A DNA stretch of 64,000 nucleotides, taken from assembly GCF_963921235.1 (NCBI RefSeq), contig NC_086097.1, forward strand, positions 155,932,001 to 155,996,000, written 5' to 3'. The stretch comes from Mobula hypostoma. Taxonomy: Eukaryota. Made by a program: the position numbers and the translations under genes. The notes beneath the pieces are model-generated. The model was given only the letters and a program-made list of their open reading frames with translations, searched no databases and was not told where the DNA came from. Of the stretch, positions 47,240 to 59,722 are shown piece after piece; positions within the stretch are counted from its first letter, which is position 1, and every line of letters starts with the position of its first letter.

Positions 47240-50200
47240 CAGCTCTTTGTCCTGCATACTCCTTCTGAGATTGGGTTTGAGGAGATCCAAGTGTGAACGC
47301 AAGACTTAACTGGTGAGCTGTTGGTTGTGGAGTGTACTGCATAGCAATATGCAAGGAGGAAATTTGAGAACTTCTGATGCAGTGTTGGGGTAGTGTGTTC
47401 TGCTGACATTGCTATGGTGTTTTCTTTAGGCTCTGGAAACAAACTTTCTGCCAAGCTACTTGTAGGTGGGTGGCACAGTGCAGATGCAATAAGTCCTATT
47501 CCATTCATTTTCAGGAATGACTTAAACTGCTCTGCAACAAACTATGGAACATTGTCATTGATAGATAGGTTCTTGATTAGCCAGGGCATCAAAGGATATG
47601 GGGAGAAGGCAGGGGAGTGGGGATGACTGGCAGAATTAGATCAGCCCATGATTGAATGGGCCAAATGGCCTACTTTTGCTTCTACACCTTATGGTCTTAA
47701 GTTCTTACTCAGTGCTCTGGAACATCACTTCTTGAGAAGAGGCTTCTTAACTGTTCAGTTGTGTGCGAGGCTGGATGCAACCATATTACCAAGAAATTTG
47801 TGCCCAAGAATGGTCTGGTAAAATCCACATGAATAGTCTGCCAGACAAAGCTTCAAGCCAATGCTTTCACTTTAACCATGCTTTGATGGCTGGAATATGG
47901 CTCCTCCAATAATTTAACTCTCAGCTTGGATGGTACAGCAACTCTCAATCTCCTTTAACCTCCATCAAAGGCAACCTCTGTCAAGCGCAAGTTCATCCTC
48001 ACACTGGTAAAAAAGGGAGAACCGGAATTTCTGCTGCACTTTCCAGCCATTTTAGGTGGCATGTACACCTGCAACAGTCTGGGGTCCTTTCTGGGTTCCC
48101 TTTGGATCACCTCTGCCATAACAGGAACACCCTTATGTGGACTGAAAATGGAAACTAGTGGTAGATGATGAGTAATAAGGATAAACTCTCTCAATTACAA
48201 ATACTGTTTGAAATGTTTTACACTCCAAACCAGACTCAAGGCCTCTGTGCATAATTTTTTACTGCAACAGTAAGAGAAAGTGTTGCAAACGCTATGGAGC
48301 ATTCATTTTCATCTCTCATAACATGTGACGTGACTACACCTAACGTGAGGAATCACAATGTGGCCGATGTGGATCATAATGTGTAAGAACAGTGTCCAAC
48401 GTCACCATTTCATTGACCTTTCAGAAAATCACATCACACTGTTTACCCATTGCCATTTCCTCCTGACCTATAAGAATTAGTTCAAGGGGTGGAGCACAGT
48501 AGACAGGTTGGCAATAACCTGTTGTAGAAATTGATAAATCCTAAAAAAACCCCACAACTGTGACTCATCCTTTGGCCTTGAGGCATTCACCACTACTTGA
48601 ATTTTCTCTGCACACTTGTGTAATCTTTGAGCATCAATGCTGAGACCAGAGTAAGTTTTGCTTGGTTTAGAGATTTCACAGTTGTTGCATCGTGCTATGA
48701 GCCCATAGTCATCTAACCTTTTTAACACTTGAGATTTTGGAGACGGATCAAGTTATAGTTGACCCAGCCAATCACAACTCCACAATGCTGGCCTTCCTGT
48801 TTTTACCACATACAAGCCCAATGTCACTGGTTGGTTGTTGTATCTCACTGTTATTCTCACATGAATGATCTTTTCTCCAGTATAAGTTCATAGTTGGATA
48901 TTTGCAGGTTTCATTTTAGTGTCTTTGAAATGCCATTCAAACTGACATTGTAGAATGACTGAAACAGCCAAGCCAGTACAATTCAATATTAATTAATTTG
49001 CCGTTCACTTTTGGTGTTAGCCATATTGGTTGGTTTGTTTTAGTTTTCACATTGTAAATCTCAAGGCTACTCAGTCCTTTGTCAATTTCATCATTATTAG
49101 ATTTTTCATCAACAGCATGCAGATTAGTGCTCTTTTTGAAACTGAAACTTACCTTTTTACTTTTTCTCTTCCCTGTGCAGTCCATTTGTTTTTCCCTGCT
49201 CGAGAAGCTCTTTGTATGGGTCCTACGTTGTTGCATTTTCTGTAAGTTTTGCCTTTAACCCTGCATTGTTCTGATGTACGTGAGCTGCTGCTATAATGAT
49301 AACACAATTTTTTCAGCCAAGCAGGCCTCTGTCTAGATGCTGCAATTTTGTTCACACTCACTTTCATTCCTGACTACAATGCAATTGTGTCTCTGTCTGC
49401 AGTTTCCATTAAAGCAGCAATTTCAACTGCTCTTTTAAACGTAAATTGTACTTCAGTAGGCCAAAACGTTTTTTGTATTCAAAAAACATCATTTTGGAAT
49501 GCTTTCTTGTAACATTCCACAAACTAAATGATCTCTCAGTTCATCATTAAGGCAATTTTGGAACTGACAATGCTCAGACAATCTCATCAATTCTGCCATG
49601 TATGCTGAAAGGTACACCCCTTCCTTTTCATTTCACTTATGAAACCAAAGGAGTTCTGCTATCAACAATAGCTTTGGTTCTAAAAGTTCCTTCATTGTTT
49701 TCATGAATTTGCAAAGCTCATTTCGACTGGTTTGGTGGGAGGTATCAAACTTCTAAAAAAACGGTATACTTTTCCAGTCAATGCACTCAGCAAAACTTGT
49801 AGTTGTTTCTCATTGGCTATTCTGTTTGTTTTAAAATACAGCTCAATCTGTTCAGTATATGAAATCCAGTTATCTGCTGTGTAATGGAACACATCAATCT
49901 TTCCAATGTAGCCAGCCATTTCTACCTTATTTCTATTTAAGATTATTATAACCTTGTACTCACTGTTTATGAACCTGTGAACTTGTCCTTTATCTGTTTT
50001 TTTTTTACACTTGACAATTTCTGTCCTTTCCTGAAGAAGCACATGCTGTGTTTTTTTTTAAAAAAAAACTCAAAAGTCTTGCAGCACTTTTTTAAAACTC
50101 AAACATCTCAAAGCCCTTCAACTGGTAGGTGGTCGTCTCAGGATCATTTTAATCTCATCTTCATCTCCACTGCTACGATTTGAAAATTAACTTAAAAGAG

Positions 50201-50390
50201 AAACACTGAGAGGCCAGAATGTGAGTCTGACTTTCAGCAAGGTGCATATATGTGATGTGCTGACATGATGACCTGTGTCATTTACTTACTTCTATAAATC
50301 ACCTGCAATGAATTATTTAAACATAGAAACATTAATCAACAACATATTTTAAATATTACTCAAAATTACTGAAATATTAAATAAACAACA
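47240..50390 (-). mobile_element. Second, more decayed Mag-like Gypsy, 3'-truncated, with 5' LTR at ~50171-50390
   Basis: Gag MAGYIGKIDVF..WISYTEQIELYF, RT/RH remnants LKRLDDYGL and integrase remnants FLLAY..HSTT. LTR TG..CA with degenerate PBS TGGAGATGAAGA (50158-50169). Confidence 0.8.
47558..47700 (+). mobile_element. CR1 3' tail inserted in the Gypsy integrase
   Basis: IDRFLISQGIKGYGEKAGEWG plus 3'UTR and a TTATGGTCTTA tail, as at 19404-19560. Confidence 0.8.
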
Positions 50391-53240
50391 CCCTCTATAT
50401 GAAACATCCTCTCCATATCCATTCTATCAATATTCGATAGGTTTCAATGAGATCACCCCTCATTCTTCTTAATTCCAGTAAGTACAGGCCCAGAGTCATC
50501 AAACACTCCTTACATGTTAACCCTTTGATTCCTGGGATCATTCTCATGAATCTACCCTGGAATCTCTCCAATGCCAGCACCTTTTCTTAGATAAGGGGCC
50601 CAAAACTGCACACAATATTCTACCTGCTGTCATATCAATGCCTTATAAATCCACAGCATAACATAATTTCTTTTGTATTGTAGTAATCTTAAATCAAATG
50701 CTAACATTGCACTTGCCTTCATTACCACCATCTCAACCTGCAAGTTAAGATTTAGGGAATCCTGCACAAAGACTGCTAAGTAGCTTTACACTTCTGATTT
50801 CTGAATGTTCTCCCTCTTCAGAAGATGATCCATACTCTAATTTCTTCCACCAAGTGACATGGCCATACTCTTTCCTACACTATATTCCATCTGCCACTTC
50901 TTTGCCCATTCACCCAATCTGCTTAAGTCCTTCTGCAGACACTCTGCTTCCTCATCACTACCTGCCCCTTCACCTATCTTCATAGTGTCCAAAAACGTGG
51001 CCACAAAGCTATAAGTTCCTTCATCATGAACATAAAACATGAAAAAAGCAGTCCCAGTACCGACCCCTACAGCACATTACAAGTCACCAACAGCCAACAA
51101 GAAGAGGTCACCTTTAGTCCTACACTTTTCCCCTTGCTAATTTTTTTATCCATGCCTGTACCTTTTCTGTCATACCATGGACTCTTATTTTGTTGACAAG
51201 CCTCATGTGTGACATCTTGTCAAAGGCCTTCTGAAAGTCCAAATAAACAACATCCACTGACTTTCCTTTGTCTATCCTGTCTGTTTTTTCCTCAAAGAAT
51301 TCCAACAGATTTGTTAGGCAAGATTTACCCTTTAGAAAACCATGCAGACTCTGGCCTATTTTGTCATGTGCCTCCAAGTAGCCTGAAACTTCAACCCTAA
51401 TAAAATACTCCAACATCTTTCCATCCACTGAAGTCAGGCTAATTGGCCTGTAATTTCCTTTCTTCTGCTTCACTCCCTTCTCAGAGTGATATTTGCAATT
51501 TTCCAGCCCTCCAAACTCATTACAGAATCAAGTGATTCTTAAAAAATCATTACTCTTCAATCTCTTCAGCTACCACTTTCAAAACCCTGGGGTGTAGTTC
51601 ATCTGGTCCAGGTGACTATCTTACTTCAGACTTTTTGGCTTCCTCAGCACCTTCTCCTTAGTAATAGAAATGACACTCTCTTTTGCCCTCGACACACTCA
51701 AATTTCCGGAAATCTACTAGTGTCTTCCTCAGTGAAGACCGGTGCAAAATACTTATTAAGTTTGTCTGCCATTTCTTTCCTACCCCCATTACTACCTCTC
51801 CAGCATCATTTTCCTATCATCTGATATTCACTCTTGTCTCTTTTGTTCTTTATATATCTGAAAGAAACTTTTTGTATCCTCTTTGATATTACCTTCATAT
51901 TTCATCTTTTCTGTCTTTATGGCTTTTTGATTGCCCTCTGTTGGTTTTTAAAATCTTCCCAATCCCTTACCTTCACACTAGTTTTTGCAATATTATATGC
52001 CCTTTTCTTTTGCTTTTATGCTGCCTTTGACTTCCCTTGTTAGCCTCATTTGCCTCACCCTCCTGTTAGAATACTTCTTCGTCTTTGGGATGTATTTTTC
52101 CTGTGCCTTCCACATTTCCCCTAGAAACACCAGTCATTACTGTTCTGCTGTCATCCCTGCTCATGTCCATTCCAATCAACTTTTTGCAGCTCCTCTCTCA
52201 TGCCTTTGAAATTCCCTTTACTCATCTGTAACACCGGTATTTGTGATTTTAGCTTCTCCTCAAACTGCAGGGTGAATTCTATTATATTATGATCAATGCT
52301 TCCTAAGGGTTCGTTTACCTTAAGTTCCCAAATTAAATTTGGTTCATTACGCAACACCCAATCAAGAATTGCTTTTTCCCTACTCAGCACAAACGTAAGC
52401 TGGTCTAAAATAAAACATCTCTGAGGCATTCTACAAGTTCCCTCTCTTGGGATCAAGTACCACCTAATTTTCCAAATCACCTCTATATTGAAGCCCTCTA
52501 TGATTGTCACAACTCTGCACTTTTTCCATGCCTTTTCTATGTCCGTTGTAATTTGTAGCCCACATCGTGGCTACTATTTGGGGGTCTGTACTTATATAAC
52601 TCAAATCAAGGTCTCTTTACCCTTGCAGTTTCTTAACCCTACCCACAAGAATTCTACATCTTTTCATCCTATGTCACCTGTTTCTATGGATTTTATTTTA
52701 TTTTTTTTTACCAATAATGCCATTGTTTTACAGTGCAGGTGACCAGGGTTTAATTCCCACTGCTGCCTGTAAGGAGATTTTATGTTCTACCCGTGGTCAC
52801 ATGCTTTTCTTCCGGGTGCTCCAATTTCCTCCCACAGTCCAAAGACATCTGGTTGGTATTTCAATTAGCAATTGTAAATTGTCCAGTGATTAGGCTAAGC
52901 TTAAAATGGGGGATTGCTGGGTGAAGCAGCAGCTTAAAAGGTTGGAAGGGACTATTGCAAGCTGAATCTCAATAAATAAATAAACCTCCGCTTGTGCTTT
53001 CCCAAGCCTATTCTTACTTAAGCCTGTTGAGCCAAAGCCTGTCCACTCTAACACTGGCCCACTCACACAATGGCTGCTCCAGTTACACCTCCTTTCTTTT
53101 CATTGGCCACACAATGTTTTCAGCCTGCTGAAGAGCCGAAAGCACTTTTTGATCTTTTAAAGACTCATAATGCATTACGAACTAGTGACCTCTCACACTG
53201 ATTACAGCCTGCTGAATAAGAAGAATTACAAGAAGCAACT
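50391..53240 (-). mobile_element. Degraded CR1 (ORF2 remnants to ~52710, probable 5'UTR remnant ~52985-53240)
   Basis: NYRPISLTS, YLDFQKAFDK, DHNIIEF. The UTR motif AAGCCTGTTGAGCCAAAGCC..CCACTCT matches 63527-63557. Confidence 0.8.
52718..52984 (+). mobile_element. tRNA-derived V-SINE (HE1-like)
   Basis: B-box-like GGTTTAATTCC, V-domain-like TCCGGGTGCTCCAATTTCCTCCCACAGTCCAAAGAC and an (AATA)n tail. Confidence 0.75.
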
Positions 53241-56200
53241 AGAAGACCATTAGAACTGCTCATGGGTGAGTTTGTTGTTGTTACTGCTTGGTATCAAGGA
53301 ACATATGCAGTATTGAGTTCATTAGGATATGTCTACAAGTTGTAAGTGCAGCTACAGCTTTCACACATGAGGCAAACATTAGGAGTTGGTTAGGTTCAGA
53401 TAATCCAGCTATTATGCCTACCTGCACATGATCCATTCCATTGTTGTGATAGCGTACTTTCCTTATGTGAATTCTGTGCACATGTGAGGAATTTGTGTTG
53501 GAACCATCAGTAATGTCAGTGGAGAGCAGGTGTTACACCAATGGTCAGGCTTTGGTTTGATGTAATATTACAAATGTTGGTAAGTGAATTGGCATGGAAT
53601 GAATTCATCATGTCTATGCCCTGAATGATCTATGTCCTATATAACTCACATCATGGGAGAACGGATTCACTTTCAGTTCCAATATAAGGAAAAGTTGAAA
53701 GAGATCTGCAGAACAATAAGCTTGCAGTCAATTCATCATGCACCACACGAAGACTGTAATCTCAAGAAGTTATGTGCCTTCTCCACCTGCTGTCTTTCTA
53801 AAGGAGGATGAAGTCTTATTTTACTCTCTCTGAAAAAATAACCTCTGTGACCTCCTTCACAATGACAGACAGCAATCTGTGTGTGCTGCATCTTCATGTC
53901 CAGCTTAGAAATTACCAGGTACATAAAAATTAATCACCACATTCACTTTGACAGCCTCTGGCAATGAGAGTCTAGTAATGCACTATTCCTTGAAGACCTT
54001 TTTAATACTTGAAAGAACTACAAAATACATCAAACACTTTTAGAATCACAGCAACAGTCAGTAACAATCACCCAGCAACTAGTTGGTAAGGAGTTATTTT
54101 TTAAAGTAGAATTGATCCTACTGTCCATAAGTACACACAGCATAACTGTATAAAGTTTAGAAAAGGGTCTAACTGAAGTAAGGACATCCAAGATCACAAT
54201 ACGGATGTCAAATGAGCATGCACACAGACTGACGTGTTTGATATTCTGGTGAGCAGTCTTAGTGAGCACATCCCCATCATTATGTTGTTTGCCATAATTT
54301 ATTTCAGAGGTGTGAATATGTCATAGGTATCATTCAAGAGCGCTTGTACAGCCTAATAAATTTGTAAGTAAGATCCCAATTTTGTTCTAAAATCACTGCT
54401 AGAATTGTATTCAAAGCAACAACTGTTGTGCTGTTAAATGATTCATTGTCAATTAAGAGCTTTGAAATAAAAGCTGGCTGATAATTATCAATTTTCTTTT
54501 AGTAGAAAGCACATCAAAACTGCAATTTAGTTTCTGATTATGTCTTACTTTACAGAGGAATTATTTTCTTATCTGGAAAATGAGCTTTCTCTAATTGCTA
54601 TACAAATAACAAAGCCTTCAAACAGCAGAAAACTACTTTGTTCATCCCATACAAACAACATTATTCTGAAAATATCTTCTTAAGACAGTGAATATTGATT
54701 GCCTTTTCCAGAAACATGACACATATCACTTGATTGTTGGCAGTGAAGTCACGCCTAATGCATTCTTATTCCAATGACCCTTCAGGAAAAGAGCACCATT
54801 CTGGGTTAGTTACACCTTTTATGCTATAATTGAAGCAGCAGCAACATCATTGAACATTGGCTCTCATTTTATGCTATATTCCCGTATGATAATTGATAAA
54901 GTGCAACATGCTTGAAGGATTCGTGACTCAGGTAAACCTAAATATTCCAAGGCACTATTCTAAAGCAAAGAATTTTTCACTATGTTGAAAAGTTGACAAT
55001 TTGCTTCACTGCTGCTGCTGTGCAAAATAATTGGTGAATTTCCTACTCAAGAATGGTGACATGTCACAAATTCTTTGTAAACTGCTGTGGAACAACCTAT
55101 AGCTATGCCACAATGTAAATACAATTTCTTTTTAACAAGATGGACCAAATCTTTTAACTCAAATCCACAATGGGGTGATTCTAAAAGTTTCCAATTCAGG
55201 GGCACCCTGGCTGCCAAGTAAATCAACAATGGTACAATGTTAAATAGATCTGACACAATGCAGAAATATATGTGGTAAATTAGCTGAATGTTGCACATCC
55301 TATAATGATTTTAAGGAGTTAAGAGGTCCTGGTGGTTACACTGTAAACCAGGGATTAAATGCTTCCTGTTGTCAAACAATCTGCTAACGTGTTGTGTCAA
55401 GGGTCACAGATGCAGAATATGCCACTGAAGAAAGTCGACAGAAAAAGAAGATTAGCCGTATCAACCTGTGTAAATCAATAAGTTTGGAAAAATAGAGCAA
55501 AAGAAAGGAAAAAAACTGAAGAAAATTAGGATGTGTGATTTCATTCAGATTTGAGTTTCTTTGTAACAGCCAATAAGATTCAGAAAGTATCTGGTTCTGA
55601 GCACTGCCTCCTATGCTCTACTTGGACACTGTGAATATAATCCGTTCATTGGCATTTCCTTGTTGCTATTATCTACCTCCTCAGTAACCAATTTGTTTTC
55701 ATATTCCTACATGTGGTGTTTGCTTTCTTTTATTGGTAATTTTGCACCAATAATCACTATTTGTGTTAAATATTCCTACACAAGCACAACCCTCTATCAT
55801 TTTCTTGTCACCTCAGGATAATCACTTCATTGAAGGATATGAAAAGGTGGGTTTTGTGATATAATGGGAGTTCATGCAACTATTAATTCTGGATATTATT
55901 TCATGGATTAACACAATTGAAGTAATTGCTTCCAAATCCTCTGAAAAAATGATGCATCTGGAATAAAAACAGTACAATTAAAAGCCACACATGGGTTTTA
56001 TTTAAATGGAATTTTCTCATTATTTTTTGTTGTGTTTCTGATGTATTCACTGGCCAATTTCAATGCCTTTTGCTGTTCAATCTCCTGCTGTTAAAGGAAT
56101 CAGCTGGAAGACTTCACTGTTCTTTCTAAATCACTACGAAGACCATGCATTCCACCAGACCATAGTTTGCAGTCACCACACACACACACAAAAAATATCT

Positions 56201-56749
56201 CCAGTGGCTTCTACTGCAAAGTGTTTTATTGACAATACCCCTCTGTGGGGAAACCCAAAGATGGCCCTCTTCTTGTCAGTCCTTAGTCATTATTCTTTGT
56301 GAGCTTGCTGCGGGTGGTAACTGCAAGAAAATAATGTTATTTTCACCACTGTGATAACCACTCAAACCTGTACATAGTTAATGAAGTCACAAGTGCTTTC
56401 TACTCCCTTCCAGCCTTTTTGCTCATTTATTTAATTGATTGTTGTAAATTGTTTCAAAATCAGAGCCAGGCAAATAGTAAAACTCAAGTGTTTAGTGACG
56501 GGAACTTTTCCTGGGATGATGTGAAAGTTATAATTTTAAATCAAGCAAGGAAAAGAACCATAAGCCATACCATTAAAGTTCTCAATAAGGAATACTTTGG
56601 GGAGCATGAAGATATATTTGACGAAAAATACTGCCCACATCTTTTACTACTTTCGCCCAAGAGGACTGAAGCTCATTATAATTCTTTAACCAGCTCCCCA
56701 ACTATAGCATCCATACTGCGGTCCCTACAAGCTTCAAGTTAGCCACCAT

Positions 56750-57832
56750 TATTCCTGTATCAAAGAAATCTACACCTTCAGAACTAAATGACAACCACGC
56801 AGTGGCATTGATGCCAAACGTCATGAAGTGATTTCAATGGCTAGTAATGGCCCATATCAAAAACTCCATTCTTGCCACATTGGACACTCACCAAGATGTT
56901 TGCCAGCAGGACTGCTCTACAACAGATGCCCTGACACACCTAGAAAACAAGGAGATTTATGTCAGAATGCTGCTTCTGGATTTCAGTTCAATATTCAACT
57001 CTACTGCTCCACAGACCTTGGTGATCAAACTCCTTAGTCTAAGTAAGCCACTGTGAAGCTATGTGTTGGACTTGCTAACAAACAGACCTCAGACAGTCAG
57101 GACGCACAACTGCTCCTCCCCATTATCCTCAAAATGGATGCCCCCCAGGGTGTGTGCTGAGCCCATTGCTGTACTCTCCACTCACACCTGACTGCAGAGT
57201 GTAACACCCAAGTAATCACATTGTCAAGTTCGCCGATGACACGACAATGGTGGGGCTCATCATCAACAACGATGAGGTGACCAATAGAAAGGAGATGGAA
57301 GAGCTCGAGGCCTGGTGCCAGGCAAATAACCTCCTCCTGTATGTAAACAAGATAAAGGGGTTTGTTATTGACTTCAGAAGCACTCCCACCACTCACCCTC
57401 CTCTTTACATTGGGAGCACAGCAGAGGAAATTATGTGCAGTTTCAAAATATTGGGAGTGCACATCTCACACAACCTCTCATGGTTCCTGAACACATCATA
57501 CACATCAGGAAAGTTTACCAATTTCTCTGCTTTCCAAGAAGGCTGAAGAGAACTGGACTATGTCATTTTACAGATGTACTGTAGAGATCAACTTATCAAG
57601 CTTTATGACTTCATTATTTTCTGTCAGTCACCTTAAATGCAGTCTAGCATCACTTTTAAGGACACACAATCAATTTATTAATATAAGCTATCTTATGTAT
57701 TTCTATCTATTGTATCTTTTTTATTATTGTTATGTTCTTTATCTTTGTGTTTTGTTGGGCTACATTGGATCCAGAGTAACAATTAATTTGTTTTCCTTAT
57801 ACGTGTACAGGAAATGACATTAAGCAATCTTG
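56750..57832 (+). mobile_element. Degraded Rex1-type LINE
   Basis: LND..AVALMP, YVRMLLLDFSS, PQGCVLSPLL, IVKFADD and WCQANNL, plus a T-rich 3' tail. Confidence 0.8.
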
Positions 57833-57889
57833 AGAGGTAACCTCTTTACATAGGGTAGTGAGTACTTGGAATGAAGTACTTGGACTTTC

Positions 57890-59170
57890 TGAGAAGGAAG
57901 CAAGGCTTAAGATGGAAAAAGAAGAAAGGCAATCAGCAGAGGCAAAATTGGAGGTTGAAATAAGTGCACATTCTCTTCACCAAGAGGCAGCTGCAGCCAT
58001 TGCACAGGCTGAGGTCGTAGAGACAGCTGAAGAACTGGAGGGAATGATGAAGTTGGTAAGGGCCAGCAAAGCAATGTTAGAAAAGGACATCGTGGAGCAT
58101 ACAGATAACCATGTGAATGTACAGCTTGAACTTCACACGGCACAGAAACCAAACAGCTTTTCCTGACTCTTCCCTAACTTCAGTATATCCCTACTGCAGC
58201 TTTATTATGTGGTGATCTCCTTCAGAAGATGGCTTGTGCTGACAACCCAACAGAACCAGTAAGCCACCTGTTGCTGATGATATATTTATCGATACTTTCA
58301 TACTGCTTCTCAAAGATTCCAATACAAAGGCCCACCACAGGGAGAATGAGCAATGGATGGATGCTAAGACAGCTCATTCCACCCACAGTGCACCACTGAA
58401 CACTACAGCCCAGTTGTATGTTCCCAGAACAAAGCAGCTTTCACCAGCCTGGCACCTGCACCAGAGCACCTTGCTCTGATATCTGGCTCGTCGCAAAATA
58501 ATGAGCACAAGGCTTTACCAGTCTAATGAGAAACCTGACAGCTACAGAGTGTGGTAGTCATCACTCAACAATGCCGCTAGGGAGCTTGGCCTCATAGTGT
58601 CAGGGCCATTCGAGAGGATGCTGGTGAACATGGGGTGACACCGTTCATTTCGTGGAATGTCACTTCTATGTTGATTGCAGTCTTGTGTCTGTACCTACTG
58701 ACACTGAAACTATCAACCTTCCGCAGAGGACCTAAGCATTTTGCAGTGATCAAACTGCACAAGTTTGCCTTGAACCGTAAAGCTGTTATGAAAGTGTTCC
58801 CACTTAAAGACCATGAATCAGTTGTTAAAGACCTGGACCTCAGTGGAGAAGCCATACCTACGCAACATAGTTTGGGACTCCTGTGGGAGATAATGAACAC
58901 TACCTTCACCTTTGCTGTATCAACCAGCAATATGCCATTCGTTTGGCATGGAATGTTGTCCACAGTGAACAGAGTGTTTGATTCTTTGGGTTAGGTGGCT
59001 TCTGTCACTACCCAGAACAGAACTCTCCTCGGGGAACTTCTTGCAGACATGTGACTGAGGCAAACCCCTCCCCCCACCCCGCCAGAGGAGAAACTCCACA
59101 AGTGGGAAGCCTGGAGGGACTCACTACATGAGTTAGAGCAGCTGCACATCTCACAAACTCACACAGCAAC
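57890..59170 (+). mobile_element. Internally deleted BEL/Pao LTR-retrotransposon relic
   Basis: LHKFALN..VVKDLDLSGE..SLGLLWE..TFTF..GMLSTVNRVFDSLG matches the Pao RT/RH boundary (SvnSvFDPLG type). Upstream FYVD remnant and an Ala/Glu-rich gag-like segment. Confidence 0.75.
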
Positions 59171-59388
59171 CTCTCCCTCCAAGACAGTACAATTACATTT
59201 ATTGCTTTCTTACTGTAGTTATACTTTAACTTTGAAAGTGGATGGAGAATTTGCATTAAAGGGACCCTTAGGGTCAAGTGATCATAATATAATAAAATTT
59301 GATGCAATTTGAGAAGTAGGAGCTAAAGTCAGATATATCAGTATTACAGTGGAGGAAAGGGAGTTACAGAGGCTTGAAAGAGGATCTG

Positions 59389-59522
59389 GGAAAAATTGAA
59401 TGGAAAAGAACACTAGCAGAAATGATTCCAGAGCAGCAATGGCTGGAATTCCTGGAAAAATTGAATGGAAAAGAACACTAGCAGAAATGATTCCAGAGCA
59501 GCAATGGCTGGAATTCCTGGAA
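59389..59522 (+). repeat. Perfect 65-bp tandem duplication within a plus-strand CR1 fragment (~59245-59523)
   Basis: GGAAAAATTGAATGGAAAAGAACACTAGCAGAAATGATTCCAGAGCAGCAATGGCTGGAATTCCT occurs twice, followed by GGAA. Confidence 0.95.
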
Positions 59523-59722
59523 GCATAGAAACCATAGAAAAACTACAGCACAGAAACAGGCCTTTTGGCCCTTTTTGGCTGTGCCGAACCATTTTCTGCC
59601 TAGTCCCACTGACCTGCACACAGACCATATCCCTCCATACACCTCCCATCCATGTATCTGTCCAATTTATTCTTAAATGTTAAAAAAGAACCCGCATTTA
59701 CCACCTCATCTGGCAGCTCATT

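Noticed and set aside
53280..56740. Longest TE-poor stretch, searched for host exons and RNA genes
   Set aside because: Only short ORFs without recognisable motifs; AT-rich, intron-like composition.
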